From Camelus ferus (Eukaryota), in the NCBI RefSeq assembly GCF_009834535.1, contig NC_045713.1, positions 18,724,001-18,788,000 on the forward strand: 64,000 nt of DNA, in the 5' to 3' direction. The translations under genes and the position numbers were made by a program. Shown piece by piece: positions 9,501-21,049 of the stretch; the stretch's first letter is position 1; every line of letters starts with the position of its first letter. The notes beneath the pieces are model-generated. The model worked only from the letters and a program-made list of their open reading frames with translations, made no database searches and was not told the DNA's origin.

Positions 9501-12500
9501 CTCTTCCAGAACGGCTCCTGGGGCCCTGACCTCCAAACCCCCGCTTGCCCCCAAGTCGGGAACCACAGTGGCCTCAGGAGTGACTTCACGGGTTGCAGCA
9601 GTGACAGCAGGACAGGTGACAAGTGGACATGGAGCTGCAGCAGCAACATCAGCATCAACAGGACAGGCTCCAGAGGACCCCTCAGGGCCTGGAACAGGCC
9701 CTCCAGGGACATGTGAGGCTCTGGTAGCTGTCGTGACCGTGACCCCAGCTCCAGAGCCTGCTGAAAACNNNNNNNNNNNNNNNNNNNNNNNNNNNNNNNN
9801 NNNNNNNNNNNNNNNNNNNNNNNNNNNNNNNNNNNNNNNNNNNNNNNNNNNNNNNNNNNNNNNNNNNNNNNNNNNNNNNNNNNNNNNNNNNNNNNNNNNN
9901 NNNNNNNNNNNNNNNNNNNNNNNNNNNNNNNNTGGGCTGGCTCTGCGCAAGACGGACAAGTATGGCTTCCTGGGGGGCAGCCAGTATTCCGGCAGCCTGT
10001 GAGTACCCAGTGGGCACCCAGTAGGACTGCTTCAGGGAAGCAGAGGTTGGGGGAGGAGGAAATGATACACCTTGCCCATACTCTGGCAGCCCATCCTCTT
10101 CTGAGGATCCAGGGGGTGATTAGTGGGAGTGGGCTTCTTAGCAATCTGTCTTGCCTAGAGCATCCTGAGGTTTCTTTGGCACTGGCGTGTTAGGGTTTCA
10201 GACCAGGTGTCTGGAGTTCTGGATCTGAGCCTAAGCCTTGCTTAAGCTTTTGGTGTGTTGTGTGCCCTTGACTTAGTGTCTTCCTCATTTCCCTGCCTCA
10301 CTTTCCTCCTCTATGAGGTGAAAAGTTGAATGAGATGATATCTTAGGTTGTCCCAGCTCTTCAATGGGCAACTCCAGCCACAGGCCAGATATTCTGGAGG
10401 GCTGGCTGGACAGGGGTTCTGGTGGAGATCTTTGGTGCCTTAGGGGGAAAGTGTGGAGGGATGGAGGCACCTTCTCTTCCCCATAACCCTTGGTCTGATA
10501 GGGTGGTGAGATGGGGATGTCTGGATGGAGGGGACACTCTGAAGGCAAGGCCCCTCTGTGAAACAGAGAAAGGCAGTCTTGTGTTTTCATTGAAGGAAAG
10601 GAGGTGGGGGGGGGGGGGCCTCTTCCCCATTTCCTCATCTCCTCAGCCCGGCTTACTCTTTCCTAGTTCCCTCCAGGGGCCTGAGTCACTCCTAAGGTGG
10701 GGGTGTGATTGCTTCTGGCTTCTTCCTTCCCTCTCTTTGGATCCTGCCCATTGTTCCTGTACCCCTTTAACAGCATCACCTGAGACCCCCAGTGCCAGGC
10801 CCTATGCTGGGTACTAAGGATAGAATGGTTGTTTCAAGGTGCTCATCATCTAGAGGGAGAGACAAATACTTAAACAGTTGGTTTCAATATAATATGTTAC
10901 ATTTAGCCTAGAGATCATCACAGGGTTTTGTGAACACCTAGGGAAGGAATCTTGCCCAGTCTGGGAATTCAACTGAGCTGATGAATCTGAAGAATGAGTA
11001 GGATTTAGTCATGGCTCTGCGTGTTGGGATCAGGGGGACCTGCCTGGTGTTGGGGGAAGCCCTGTGGGAGGATATTCTAGGCAGGGTTTATAATCCAACA
11101 AAAAAATCGTAAAATCTTTGAGCACCAATATTCACAGTCCTGTGTGGGGTGGGCAACTGAAATTTGACTCTGGTGCTTTCCCATGCATGATGGATGCATT
11201 ATTGTGTCAAATTAATAGGTGAAGAAACAGGATTAGAGCAACTGAGTGAATTGCCCCACTCAAATAATTCGGATCTCTGTGACCAACAGCACTCTCCTTA
11301 ATACCATGCTGCCCTAAGGAACTTGGATTGAATTGGATTTTAGTGAGCCCCTCTTGTGTACCAGGCACTGTGCTGGGTGCTGATTCTGTGTTTTGTGATT
11401 TTGTCCTTTAAAATCCATCTTACATGCTGACAGAATCTACTTCTGAGGCAAGGCTGACTGTGGCACACGTTACCTTAAAACCTTTTAGTGGCTACTGTCC
11501 ACCAGATAAAATCCAAGTGCTTTAGCCTGAACACAGGCTCCTATTATCTGGCTCTGCCTGCCTCTCAGGTCTTCTTTTCCACTTCTCACCATGTGCTGTG
11601 ATCCTGTCGAAGTGATTGAAGTCTTTTTCCCTTCATACTCAGACTATACCATCAGCCAGAAATGCCCTTCTCTCTGTCTTTTCCTGGTATGTTCTACTCT
11701 CCTTCATGGCTTACCTCAGATGTTCCTTCCTCCAGGAAGCTTTCCCTGATATCCATTGCCCGTACTCCAATTAGTGCCTTTTCTGTGCATCCTTGTCATT
11801 GCATTTCCCTCACCATACTGCAGTTATCTTCCCTGCTAGCTTGTGGCCTTTTAAGGGCGGGAAAGGTATCTTACTCTTCCTGGCCTTTAGTAGAGTTTGA
11901 AATTGACTTATGATAGAGATTAATGAGAAATGATCTTTCTGTTTAAGGAGCTTCTAGGACCAGAGAAACTAACATTAAACCTCCCATTTAACAGTCCTTT
12001 ATATGCAGTTTCTCAATAGTCCTCTCATAACTTTGTGATGTAAGTGGTGGCATTCCTTTTTACAGAGAGGAAAGAGAATTAGGTTATCACTTGCCAAGAC
12101 TCCCCAACTTCTAAGGAACAGAACTGGGATTTGAGCTTAAGTCTGTCTGGACACCCAAGCTCTTTCTTCCACTCCACTCACTTCCTGGTACTGGCTCCCA
12201 CAAGTAACTGTTTCAGGACTGAGGGGGTATCTTGAGTGCGAAGCTCTGACAGAACAGTGAGCGAACAGTGCAAGGAAAGCTTCCTTTGTTTGTTAATCTG
12301 GGGCGATTTCAGGGAGGAGGAGGTAGAGGAAATTGCAGATGGTCCAAAGGCTCTCTAGAGTCTGGTAGAAGGAAACTCACACAGTTGCTTCTAAGGAGAC
12401 AGGGAAGTGTATTTGTTCTTTATTTTATTTTATGGATAATAATTGCTGTCACTTAACTATGTCCCTGCTTTGTGTTATTTCATATAATCTCTTAGGTAGA

Positions 12501-15500
12501 TATTGTTTTTCTCTGCATCTTACAAATGAGGAAATTGAGGCTTAGAGGAATTTAGTGACTAGCCCAAGACCACACAGTGAATAAGTAGTAAAGCTAGAAC
12601 TTGGATCCAGGTCTAATGCAGAATGTAGCTTTTAAATATTCCATACTCTCTTCCCAAACTTGTATGTGTCAGAAGTGGGATTTGAACACAGTGTCTGTAT
12701 AGAGATCCAACATGAGAACGCGATCTCTGTTCAGAGATTCCTTCCAAAGGGAATTTCTTCCAGTATGGTGAATTAGGGCCTTGGATGGCCAAGTGGCCAG
12801 ACATCCTGCTGTTTGGTATTGGTAGCTCACAAAATGCTTTTATGTTCTGGTCTCTCATTTGAACTTGGGGAGTTGGCTTGCCTCAGTTCCCCTAGAAAGC
12901 CAGGTTTTATACTACTGACCCCTTCCATACTCCTCATGTCCTCAGAGAGAGCTCTATTCCTGTGGATGTGGCTCGGCAGCGGGAGCTCAAATGGCTGGAG
13001 ATGTTCAGTAACTGGGATAAGTGGCTGTCACGGCGTTTCCAGAAGGTTTGAGAAGGCTGAGTGGTGGGCAGGGCAACGGACACAGAGGGTATGGGGGGGG
13101 GCAGGGAGGGCCTGTGTGCTCTGGAGAAGCCCAGGAACCTGATAGTTTCTGCTCTCTGGACCATGTTGGGGGTAGGCAGTACTTGGGCTTGGGGGGAAGA
13201 GTAGCTAAAGACAGAAGGCCAGGCCAGGTCCAATGGTGTTAAGCCCATGGGATGTGGGATGGGTGTCCCAGGGAGCCTGGGGACTGCTGGGGAAAGCTTG
13301 GAGGCTGTGCCCGCCACTGAGGCTGTTCCCCTGCATGGACTCTGCGTAGGTGAAGCTGCGCTGCCGGAAGGGGATCCCCTCCTCTCTCAGAGCCAAAGCC
13401 TGGCAGTACCTGTCCAACAGCAAGGAACTCCTGGAGCAGAACCCGGGCAAGTTTGAGGTGTGCACAGCTCCAGGGTGTGGGGACCTGTGACATTGTCTGT
13501 GTGAAGGGTGTCATTAGTTCCTCCAGATTGGAGATAATTGCTGCTGTTCCTCTGCAGGAGCTGGAACGGGCTCCTGGGGACCCCAAGTGGCTGGATGTGA
13601 TTGAGAAGGACTTGCACCGCCAGTTCCCTTTCCACGAGATGTTTGCTGCTCGAGGCGGGCATGGGTAAGGTGACCTGACTGAGTCAGTCAGCAAACATTT
13701 GTTGAGAGCTCCAGGTAGATATAGGGGCTGGGTTGAAAGCCTTCTAGGACTTCCACAGGAATGGTCCTTAATGGATTGTGTGTCAAGCCATATTGAAGGA
13801 AATGTCCTAGGAGGGAGACTCTGACTCAGAGTGATGAGGGGGAGGTGCTGGTGAGGGGATGGGGAGCCACATCACAGGTTCATTGAAGAGGCTGCATTTG
13901 AGCTGGGTTTGGAAGGGTAGATGGGAGACAGGTTTTTCCTGGCTTAAGGGTTATGTAAGCTGTGTCTGGGCAGTGGAGTTGGGTAGAGCTGAGGCTGGAA
14001 AAACAGTTTAGGGCCAGATCACCAAGGCCCTTAAATGTTCTGCCAAGAGCCTTGAGTTTTGTTCTGTATGCCAGGCTTCCTCAGGAAGTCTATATACTGC
14101 TCTATAGCTGTGTGCAAGATGTTTTTAGGTGGTTCTCAGCTTGAGGGAGCATGTGGATGGACTTTTTTTTTTTATCAATAAGTTCATCCTTTCAGCAGAT
14201 ATTTATCAAGCACATGCTATCAGCCAGGTCCTGTTTTAGTCACAGATGATAGCGGTGAGCAAAAGACAAAAACTCCTGCCCTCAGGGGGCTTATTATAGT
14301 TAGTAGTGATAGACAGTAGGTAAGATAAAGAAGGAAAGTATGTTGTATGTACAGTGATGGTAAATATTAAGGAAGAGTTTAAAGCAAGAAAAGGGGATAG
14401 AGAATGTGACTAGAGATGGGGTTACAAGTGACTTGATCTGACTTGTGTTTTAAAAGGATCGTTCTGGTTGCTGTGCTGAGGACAGACCATAGGAGACAAG
14501 GGTAGAAGCAGAGAGACCAGTTAGGAGACTGTTTTCATAATCCAGGAGAGAGACGATGACAGACAGACCAGGATGATAGCAGTGGGGTGATGGGGAGAAG
14601 TGGTTGGAGTCTGGATATGTTTTGAAGGTAGAGCCTAAAGGATTTACCAGTGGATTAGACATGGAGTGTGTATGAGAGTAGTTACGGAAGACTCTTAATG
14701 TTTTTCGACATTTTTCTTAGAAAACTAGAAGAATGGAGTTGCAATATACTGATATGGATGGGGAAAACTGGGGGAAAAGTAGATTTGAGGATGTATCAGG
14801 AGCTCATTTTTGGAATGTGAAGTTTGAAATACTTCTTGGACATACAGATGGAGATGCCAAGTAAACTGGATGTCCAGTATTATATAAGTTTGGATTTCGG
14901 TTAGAGGTTTAAACTGGAAATAATTTGGAAATTTAAAGTTGTCAACCTTTACGTGGGACTAAATCTCCCCCATCGGTCTGGATGAGGTCATTAAGGCAGC
15001 AGGTATAGCTATGAAAGGAAGCTGTTCAAAGATTGAGCCCTGCAGCTCCAACATTTCAAGAAGGGGAAGATGAGAAAGAACCAGTAAAGGAGAAGGACTA
15101 GCAGGAGAAGCTGGTGAGGTATGAGGAGAACCAGGAGAGTATGATTCCTAGAAGCAAAATCAAGAGTGGTTTCAGGATCAGCTGTAGGAAATGTTGCTGA
15201 TGGGTCAAGTAAAGTCAAGTCTGCAAATGGATCTCTAGATTTAGGAATGTGAGGGTCATTGGTGACCTTGATAAAAGCAGTTTTGTGTAGAGCAGTGGGT
15301 TAAAACCTGATTGAAGAATGGAAGGAAAGAAATTGAAGATAGCAGGTCTGTACTCTGGGTTTTTTTTTTTTTTTTTTACTGAATAGGTAGGAAAGAAATG
15401 GTGTGATATTTGGAGGGGAAATAGGATAAAGGGAGGTTTTTGTTTTGTTTTGTTTTTTAAGCTGGAGGAAATGACAGATGTTGGTATGCCAACAGGAACG

Positions 15501-18500
15501 ATCTAGTAGATTGAGAAAAATTGATGATACACGAGTGATGGGAAGGTTGCTGGAGGGATGGCCTGTGTAGGTTAGGAGATGGGATGCAGTGCCCAAGTGG
15601 AAAGGCTGTGGTTGGCCAGGATCACAGATAGTTCACCCACAGCAACAGGGGAGAAGGTGGTGGCACAGAGACAATCTGGTAGGTGAATGTAGCATGGGAA
15701 GTTACATGTTTATTTTAATATGCATTAGGTAAGATAACTAGTATTATCAAACCTGTCATTTCAAGGATGCTATTGCAGACTGGAGAAAAAAAATTAAGTA
15801 GGTAATAGTAGGGGTGGCATGCAGATATACCACAAATGAAGATCACACTTCAATGACAATTTTGGGAAACACTATTGTAAGCAGTGGTCATGAGTGGGTG
15901 ACTGGAGGCAGGGAGAGGATTTGGGATGTTATTACATTTTCCTGGGTAAGAGATGAAGGTCTGAGCTGCTCACTGGCTGGGAGGTGGAGATAGGGAATAG
16001 AGATGAATGAAATTCAGAATGTGGTGTTGATAACACTTGATTAGCTGTGGGGAGTGATGGAAGGCTCTCTGTTTTCTGACGTGGGGCTGAGTGGATGGAA
16101 TTCCCATGCACAGCAGTGGGGCACCCTCAAGGAAGAGGAAGAGGTCTAGGGCAGTTTATTTTGGATGCAGAGACAAGAGAAAGGTCTGAGGCATAGCTGG
16201 TTTCCCAAGCATTCACCAAAAACCAGGGCCCTGCCCTGGGGGAACTGATGAAATCCAGTGAGACAGATAAGGCAGGCCATGCCCTGGGGGAGCTCCTGCT
16301 CTGGGGTGGTAAAAACATTCAGACAGTGCTGGAGGCAGGCTGGTGCTGCACTGTTGAAAGCTTCCTGAAGAAGGTGACCTTGAGGGTTTATAGGATGGTG
16401 GCAGATGGAGAGAGAGCACAGTCTGTGCTGGGGAATGGGTAGGGAGCACGTGGGTGTGCAGGCAAGGGTGGAAGTCTGGAGCCTGGAATAAAGCTTAGAT
16501 TATAGTCTGAGTCTTTGGCTTAAACTTGATAGGCAGGATTAGGAAGCTGGATGGAGGTGTGTGGTGTGATGGTCAAGGTGTGAGGTTGATCTGGAACACA
16601 ATCATAGGGCAGCTCTTGATGTGGTTGGTGGGGGTGGGTTTATTTGGGGCAGAGAGCTCCCAACTCCTGTGATTGCCTTCATGGTCTTTCTCAATATCCA
16701 TAGGCAACAGGACCTGTATCGAATCCTGAAGGCCTACACTATCTACCGGCCGGATGAGGGCTACTGCCAGGCCCAGGCCCCCGTGGCTGCAGTGCTGCTC
16801 ATGCACATGCCTGCTGAGGTCAGCAGATGCTGGTCCTGGTTGGGGAGGGGCTGGGAGGATCTTGGCCTGCAGTGGTGATGGGGGAGCTTCCTGCTCCCTG
16901 TTTCTCAGGCTCCATCCCTCTCTCCTTGTTCCTGCCCTTCCCAGCAAGCCTTTTGGTGCCTGGTGCAGATCTGTGACAAGTACCTCCCCGGTTACTATAG
17001 TGCAGGGCTGGTAAGTGTCTGAAGGCTGGGTGCAGTTGGGGCTGTGACTTTTCCCTAAGGCTGCAGAGTGGTCCTTGTCCTGCCTCACCCTGTGCCACTC
17101 TGTCCCTCTGCTCTGGACCTCTCCCACTGAGGTGAGGATCCCCTACCCCAAGACTAGTTCTACCCCAAGGGGGGGCCACAGCAGGCCTCACCTGATGGCT
17201 CGTCCCACTTCCAGGAGGCCATTCAGCTGGATGGAGAAATCTTTTTTGCACTGTTGCGCCGGGCCTCCCCGCTGGCACATCGGCACCTGCGACGGCAGCG
17301 CATTGACCCTGTGCTCTACATGACAGAATGGTTCATGTGCATCTTCGCCCGCACCCTGCCCTGGGCTTCAGTGCTGCGTGTCTGGGATATGTTCTTCTGT
17401 GAAGGTGATTCTGTAGCCATTTGGGCCTTGAGGGGGCTGGGGATTCCATGGTGGCTGCCAGAGAGAGGGTAGCCCGCTGACAGAAGGTACTTGGTGGGCC
17501 TACACTTCACTACAAGAAGTCTGGGGGCTGGAGAAACTGAGCCCTGGTCTTGTTGGCTTTGCCACCAGCCCATAGTTTGCTCTACCTCCCAGGAACCTGA
17601 AACCCATGGCAGTTTATTTTCCTTCTTGGGTCCTCAGTCTTCTCACCCATAAGGTTGGCTGTAGACAGGGATGGGGTCTGTGTGTTCCTCCTGATTGGGA
17701 CAGGCTGAGATCCCAGGCTGATCACCCAGGCTGTCTTCTTTTTGACCCTGCAGGTGTCAAGATCATCTTCCGGGTGGCCCTGGTGCTGCTGCGGCACACG
17801 CTGGGCTCAGTGGAGAAGCTGCGTTCCTGCCAAGGCATGTATGAAACCATGGAGCAGCTGCGCAACCTGCCCCAACAGTGCATGCAGGAGGACTTCCTGG
17901 TGCATGAGGTAGGTGCTGGCCTTAGCATACCTCACACCTGCTTCAGCCCATCCCCATCGCCATCCCCATTTTCATTTTAGTACCTGTTTCTTCTCTGTCT
18001 AGGTGACCAACCTCCCAGTGACAGAAGCACTGATTGAGCGAGAGAACACAGCCCAGCTCAAGAAGTGGCGGGAAACCCGGGGCGAACTGCAGTACCGGCC
18101 CTCACGGAGACTGCATGGTTCCCGGGCAATCCATGAGGAGCGACGTCGGCAGCAGCCACCCCTGGGCCCTTCCTCCAGCCTCCTTAGCCTCCCTGGCCTC
18201 AAGAGCCGAGGCTCCCGGGCCGCTGGAGGCGCCCCCTCCCCACCCCCTCCTGCCCGCAGGGCCAGTGCTGGGCCTGCCCCAGGGCCTGTGGTCACCGCTG
18301 AGGGACTGCGTCCATCTCTTCCTTCACCTACTGGCAACAGCACCCCACTGGCTCCCAGCAAGGAGACCCGCAGGCAGGAGAAAGAACGGCAAAAACAGGA
18401 AAAGGAACGTGAGAAGGAGCGGCAGAAACAGGAGAAAGAGCGGGAGAAGCAGGAGAAGGAACGGCAGAAGCAAGAGAAGGAGCAGCAGAAGCAGGAGAAG

Positions 18501-18635
18501 GAGCGGCAGAAGCAGGAGAAGAAGGCCCAAGGCAAGAAGCTCTCGCTGCGTCGGAAAGCAGATGGGCCCCCTGCCCCCCAGGACGGCGGGGACAGGTCGT
18601 CAGCATCAGAGGCCCGGCAGGATGCTTACTTCTGA
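9055..18635 (+). CDS. TBC1D10B: TBC1 domain family member 10B (Rab GAP), about 805 aa
   Basis: Exons 9055-9998 (contains the N gap), 12946-13045, 13350-13457, 13558-13664, 16704-16818, 16945-17010, 17215-17404, 17754-17908 and 18003-18635 total 2418 nt in frame. Pro/Ala/Thr-rich N-terminus [16 protein letters not shown]-finger [10 protein letters not shown] and Q-finger GYCQAQ. C-terminal KQEKE repeats, ending QDAYF*. Confidence 0.97.
9769..9932. other. Assembly gap (164 N) inside TBC1D10B exon 1
   Basis: Run of N. The reading frame is preserved across it. Confidence 0.99.
14190..15650 (-). mobile_element. Ancient LINE-2 fragments in TBC1D10B intron 4
   Basis: Begins with the typical antisense L2 3'-end motif (atatttatcaagcacatgctat..ccaggtcctg) and continues in L2-like purine-rich sequence. 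Boundaries are approximate. Confidence 0.65.
18364..18527 (+). repeat. Coding tandem repeat (R/E)QKQEKE, predicted coiled coil in the TBC1D10B C-terminus
   Basis: Repeated CAGAAGCAGGAGAAGGAGCGG-like units of about 21 nt encoding [50 protein letters not shown]. Confidence 0.9.
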
Positions 18636-19234
18636 CCTCTGCCCTGGGGCTGGACTGCATGGCCCCCTTTTTCCCTCAGCCAAGAGCAGGCCTGGCCTGG
18701 GGTGTTGCTCCCAACCCCCTTGGCAGGTGTCCCTCTTTCTGAGGAAAGTGGCTTGATTCCCCATTTCCTTGCCAGCTGCTGATCCCTACACAGCCAGGAC
18801 AGTCAGAGTACACAGGGCAGCTGCATTTCCCTGGGGCAGCAGTGAGCAAATCTGGAGCCCCTCACCTCTAGTTAAGCCCAGCTGGGGTCTCTGTCACTTC
18901 TGCCCCAATTCCTTCTGGGGTCCCTTCCCAGGTGCTGTCCTGACTGGCCTTTTGTCACCACAGGGGTGACTCTTGGCGATGGGAGTCAGCGGTTTTCAGA
19001 TTCTTACACTCCAGTCACTCCCCTTACCCATGAAGTGGAGCTGGGTTCCTTTTTCCCTTCTTGAGTCTTGCCTATCTCCCCCACTTCCTGGCTGGGGGCC
19101 AAGACTCTTCTTGCTCTACTTCTGGACATCTCTGTGTTGTAATTATGTACAGAAGACCTGGTCAGCCCAGGGTGGGGGTGTTCACTCTATCTTCTGTCCT
19201 TTGGTTCTCCCTCCACAATGTTCTTGCACTCTAG

Positions 19235-19240
19235 TTTATT
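19235..19240 (-). terminator. Candidate minus-strand poly(A) signal for the PHETA-like locus
   Basis: TTTATT on the plus strand, about 440 nt downstream of the reconstructed PHETA-like stop codon. Confidence 0.4.
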
Positions 19241-19679
19241 TAAGGGGACATGCACTGGAACAGGAAATGTCCCCCTCTTCCCCACCACCACCCTCCTTGC
19301 TCTCCTTCCTCTTCATCTACCTTTCTCTGTATTCTCAGGCCTCCCCTGCTTTGTCTCACCAGAACCCCCACCTTTTACCTTGTTCCCTTCCAACCCTCCA
19401 GCCCGTACCTGGGTAAGGGGTCTTCCCTTGAGCTCCAGGGGGTGGAACCCAGTGTTTACATTTTCTTCTGTCTCTGCCCCCACCCCGTACAGCGCTTTGA
19501 GGAACCGGAAAAGAACCTGCTGTTGTACCTGGGTCCGTCTCCTGCCTTGTTATTTGATGAAGGGGGTTAGAGTAAGTACTAGGAGGGAGGGAGTGATAGA
19601 GCCAGCCAGGATCTGGGTGTCTGTTGAAGCGGTCAGCTGGTCTTGGCCAGTAGGTACCTTTTGGCCTTTGATCCATCTC

Positions 19680-20277
19680 TCAGTCACTTATCAACAGGTA
19701 ATGATTGAGCTCCACCTCTGCCTGGGATCTGCTGCCTCCATTGTCACTGGCCTCTTGGAGCCCTCTTTGCACTGCCTGCAGCACCTGGATCTCCTTCCCA
19801 AAGTGCTCATGCAACTCCTGGAAGCTGGAGAGGGGACTGAAGGTGGCTGGGAAGTCACAGTCCTCTGGGGGTGATCTTGGCCAGCTCCCTGGTACAGCTC
19901 CCGGTACTGGGCCTCCAGGGGGCGTAGCAGCACAGCCAGCCACCTCCAGCTTGCCCTAGCCAGTGCCCACAGCCAGGCTTCCAGCTCCTGGTTTTCTGCT
20001 GCCAGCTTGTAGGCCTGCCCACCTTCTACCCCTGGTGTCAGGATGGTAAAGGCATAGGGGTTCTGTGGCCCCAAGGTGTGGCTCCACTTGGTAGTTCTCT
20101 AACAGGATGAGGCTCAGGGGCATGTGGTCTGCCTGGTGTTCCAGGTAAAGAGGTTTCCCCAGAGGATGAACCAGTGGTGTTGGTAGGGGTATTTCAGGCC
20201 CCCTTTAGCAGGATGCCCTACCGGTCTGGATCCTGTGTTTTGTACCCACAGAAGAAACAGCACGGATTTTGCTTCAT
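19680..20277 (-). pseudogene. PHETA/Sesquipedalian (FAM109/IPIP27)-like PH-domain plus F&H-motif pseudogene
   Basis: Reconstruction across frameshifts: MKQNPCCFFCGYKTQDPDR*GILLKGA*NT/YQHHWFILWGNL/YLEHQADHMPLSLILLENYQVEPHLGATEP/YAFTILTPGVEGGQAYKLAAENQELEAWLWALARASWRWLAVLLRPLEAQYRELYQ/..SPLSSFQELHEHFGKEIQVLQ..*. It matches PHETA1/2 as I recall them (MKLNERS..GFL..WFVLRGNMLFYFE..FAF..YVLAAESQ..EGWVKALSRAS..L; F&H FARLHECYGQEI). Two in-frame stops (20220-20218, 20196-20194) and four frameshifts. A splice acceptor lies 11 nt before the ATG. Confidence 0.88.
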
Positions 20278-21049
20278 AGTAGTCCAATCTGGGAGGAAAC
20301 TAGGGGCAAGAGAGAGGAGGGGTGGTCCATCCGGTTATGCTGGGGCCCCCCATGCTGCCCTTCTCAGGCTTTAGTTGGGTCTTTCTGGGCACAGCCTTGG
20401 CCTACTGGGATTCAGACTCAGTATCCTCAAGAGGTAGAGGTCTTGTCCGCACAACACTGAACCTAACCCTCCTAACCTCCCAAACCCAGCTCTTCCCCTT
20501 GGGCCAGATTATAAAACCTGGGTAGGGGCCACTTGGCTAGGGTCCTGCTTGGGGGGAGGGGGGAGTCTGGGTATTCACTGCTGCCCTTTCCCAGGCCTAC
20601 CTGAGATGAAGGCAAAGGGACTTCTGGGACTTCGGTACTGGGCACAGGTCACACTGCCACCTCTCCTGTTACGGCTCTTAACCACCTCAGAAACCAGGAA
20701 CTTAACGCAGGGAATAGGCGTAGGGTAAATGACTTCCCCTGGGTCCTAAAAGGAGCTGGGTTCAGAAGGTGTCCCAAGAGCCACCAGGAGAACCGAGCAT
20801 CCCCTCTGGGACAAGAGCAAGGCCACACCTCAGACTAGGAGACAGCGGGCAACTGGACGCTTACAGTGGGAAGGCAGGGTTTCTAATGAGATGGTGATGG
20901 GTGCAGAGCCAGCCCTGGGGAAAAGGCGACTCAGCCCGGGAAAGGGAAACTAGGGCAGCAACCCACTGACCCTGCTGGGACTTTGCTTCTCCATCGTGAT
21001 CCTGGGCTCCCCTTTAAGTAGAGTGCCCCCCACTTTCTCCTCAGCCTCT

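Noticed and set aside
9096-9959. 287-aa minus-strand ORF
   Set aside because: Antisense shadow of the GC-rich TBC1D10B exon 1, extended artificially through the N gap.
17999-18756. Overlapping ORFs of 178 and 240 aa (FSCFC and poly-Leu repeats)
   Set aside because: Alternative-frame and antisense readings of the KQEKE repeat exon.
19691-20074. 127-aa ORF as an intact small gene
   Set aside because: It starts at a non-ATG codon and is only one frameshifted fragment of the PHETA-like pseudogene. It lacks the N-terminal half of the PH domain and the F&H motif.
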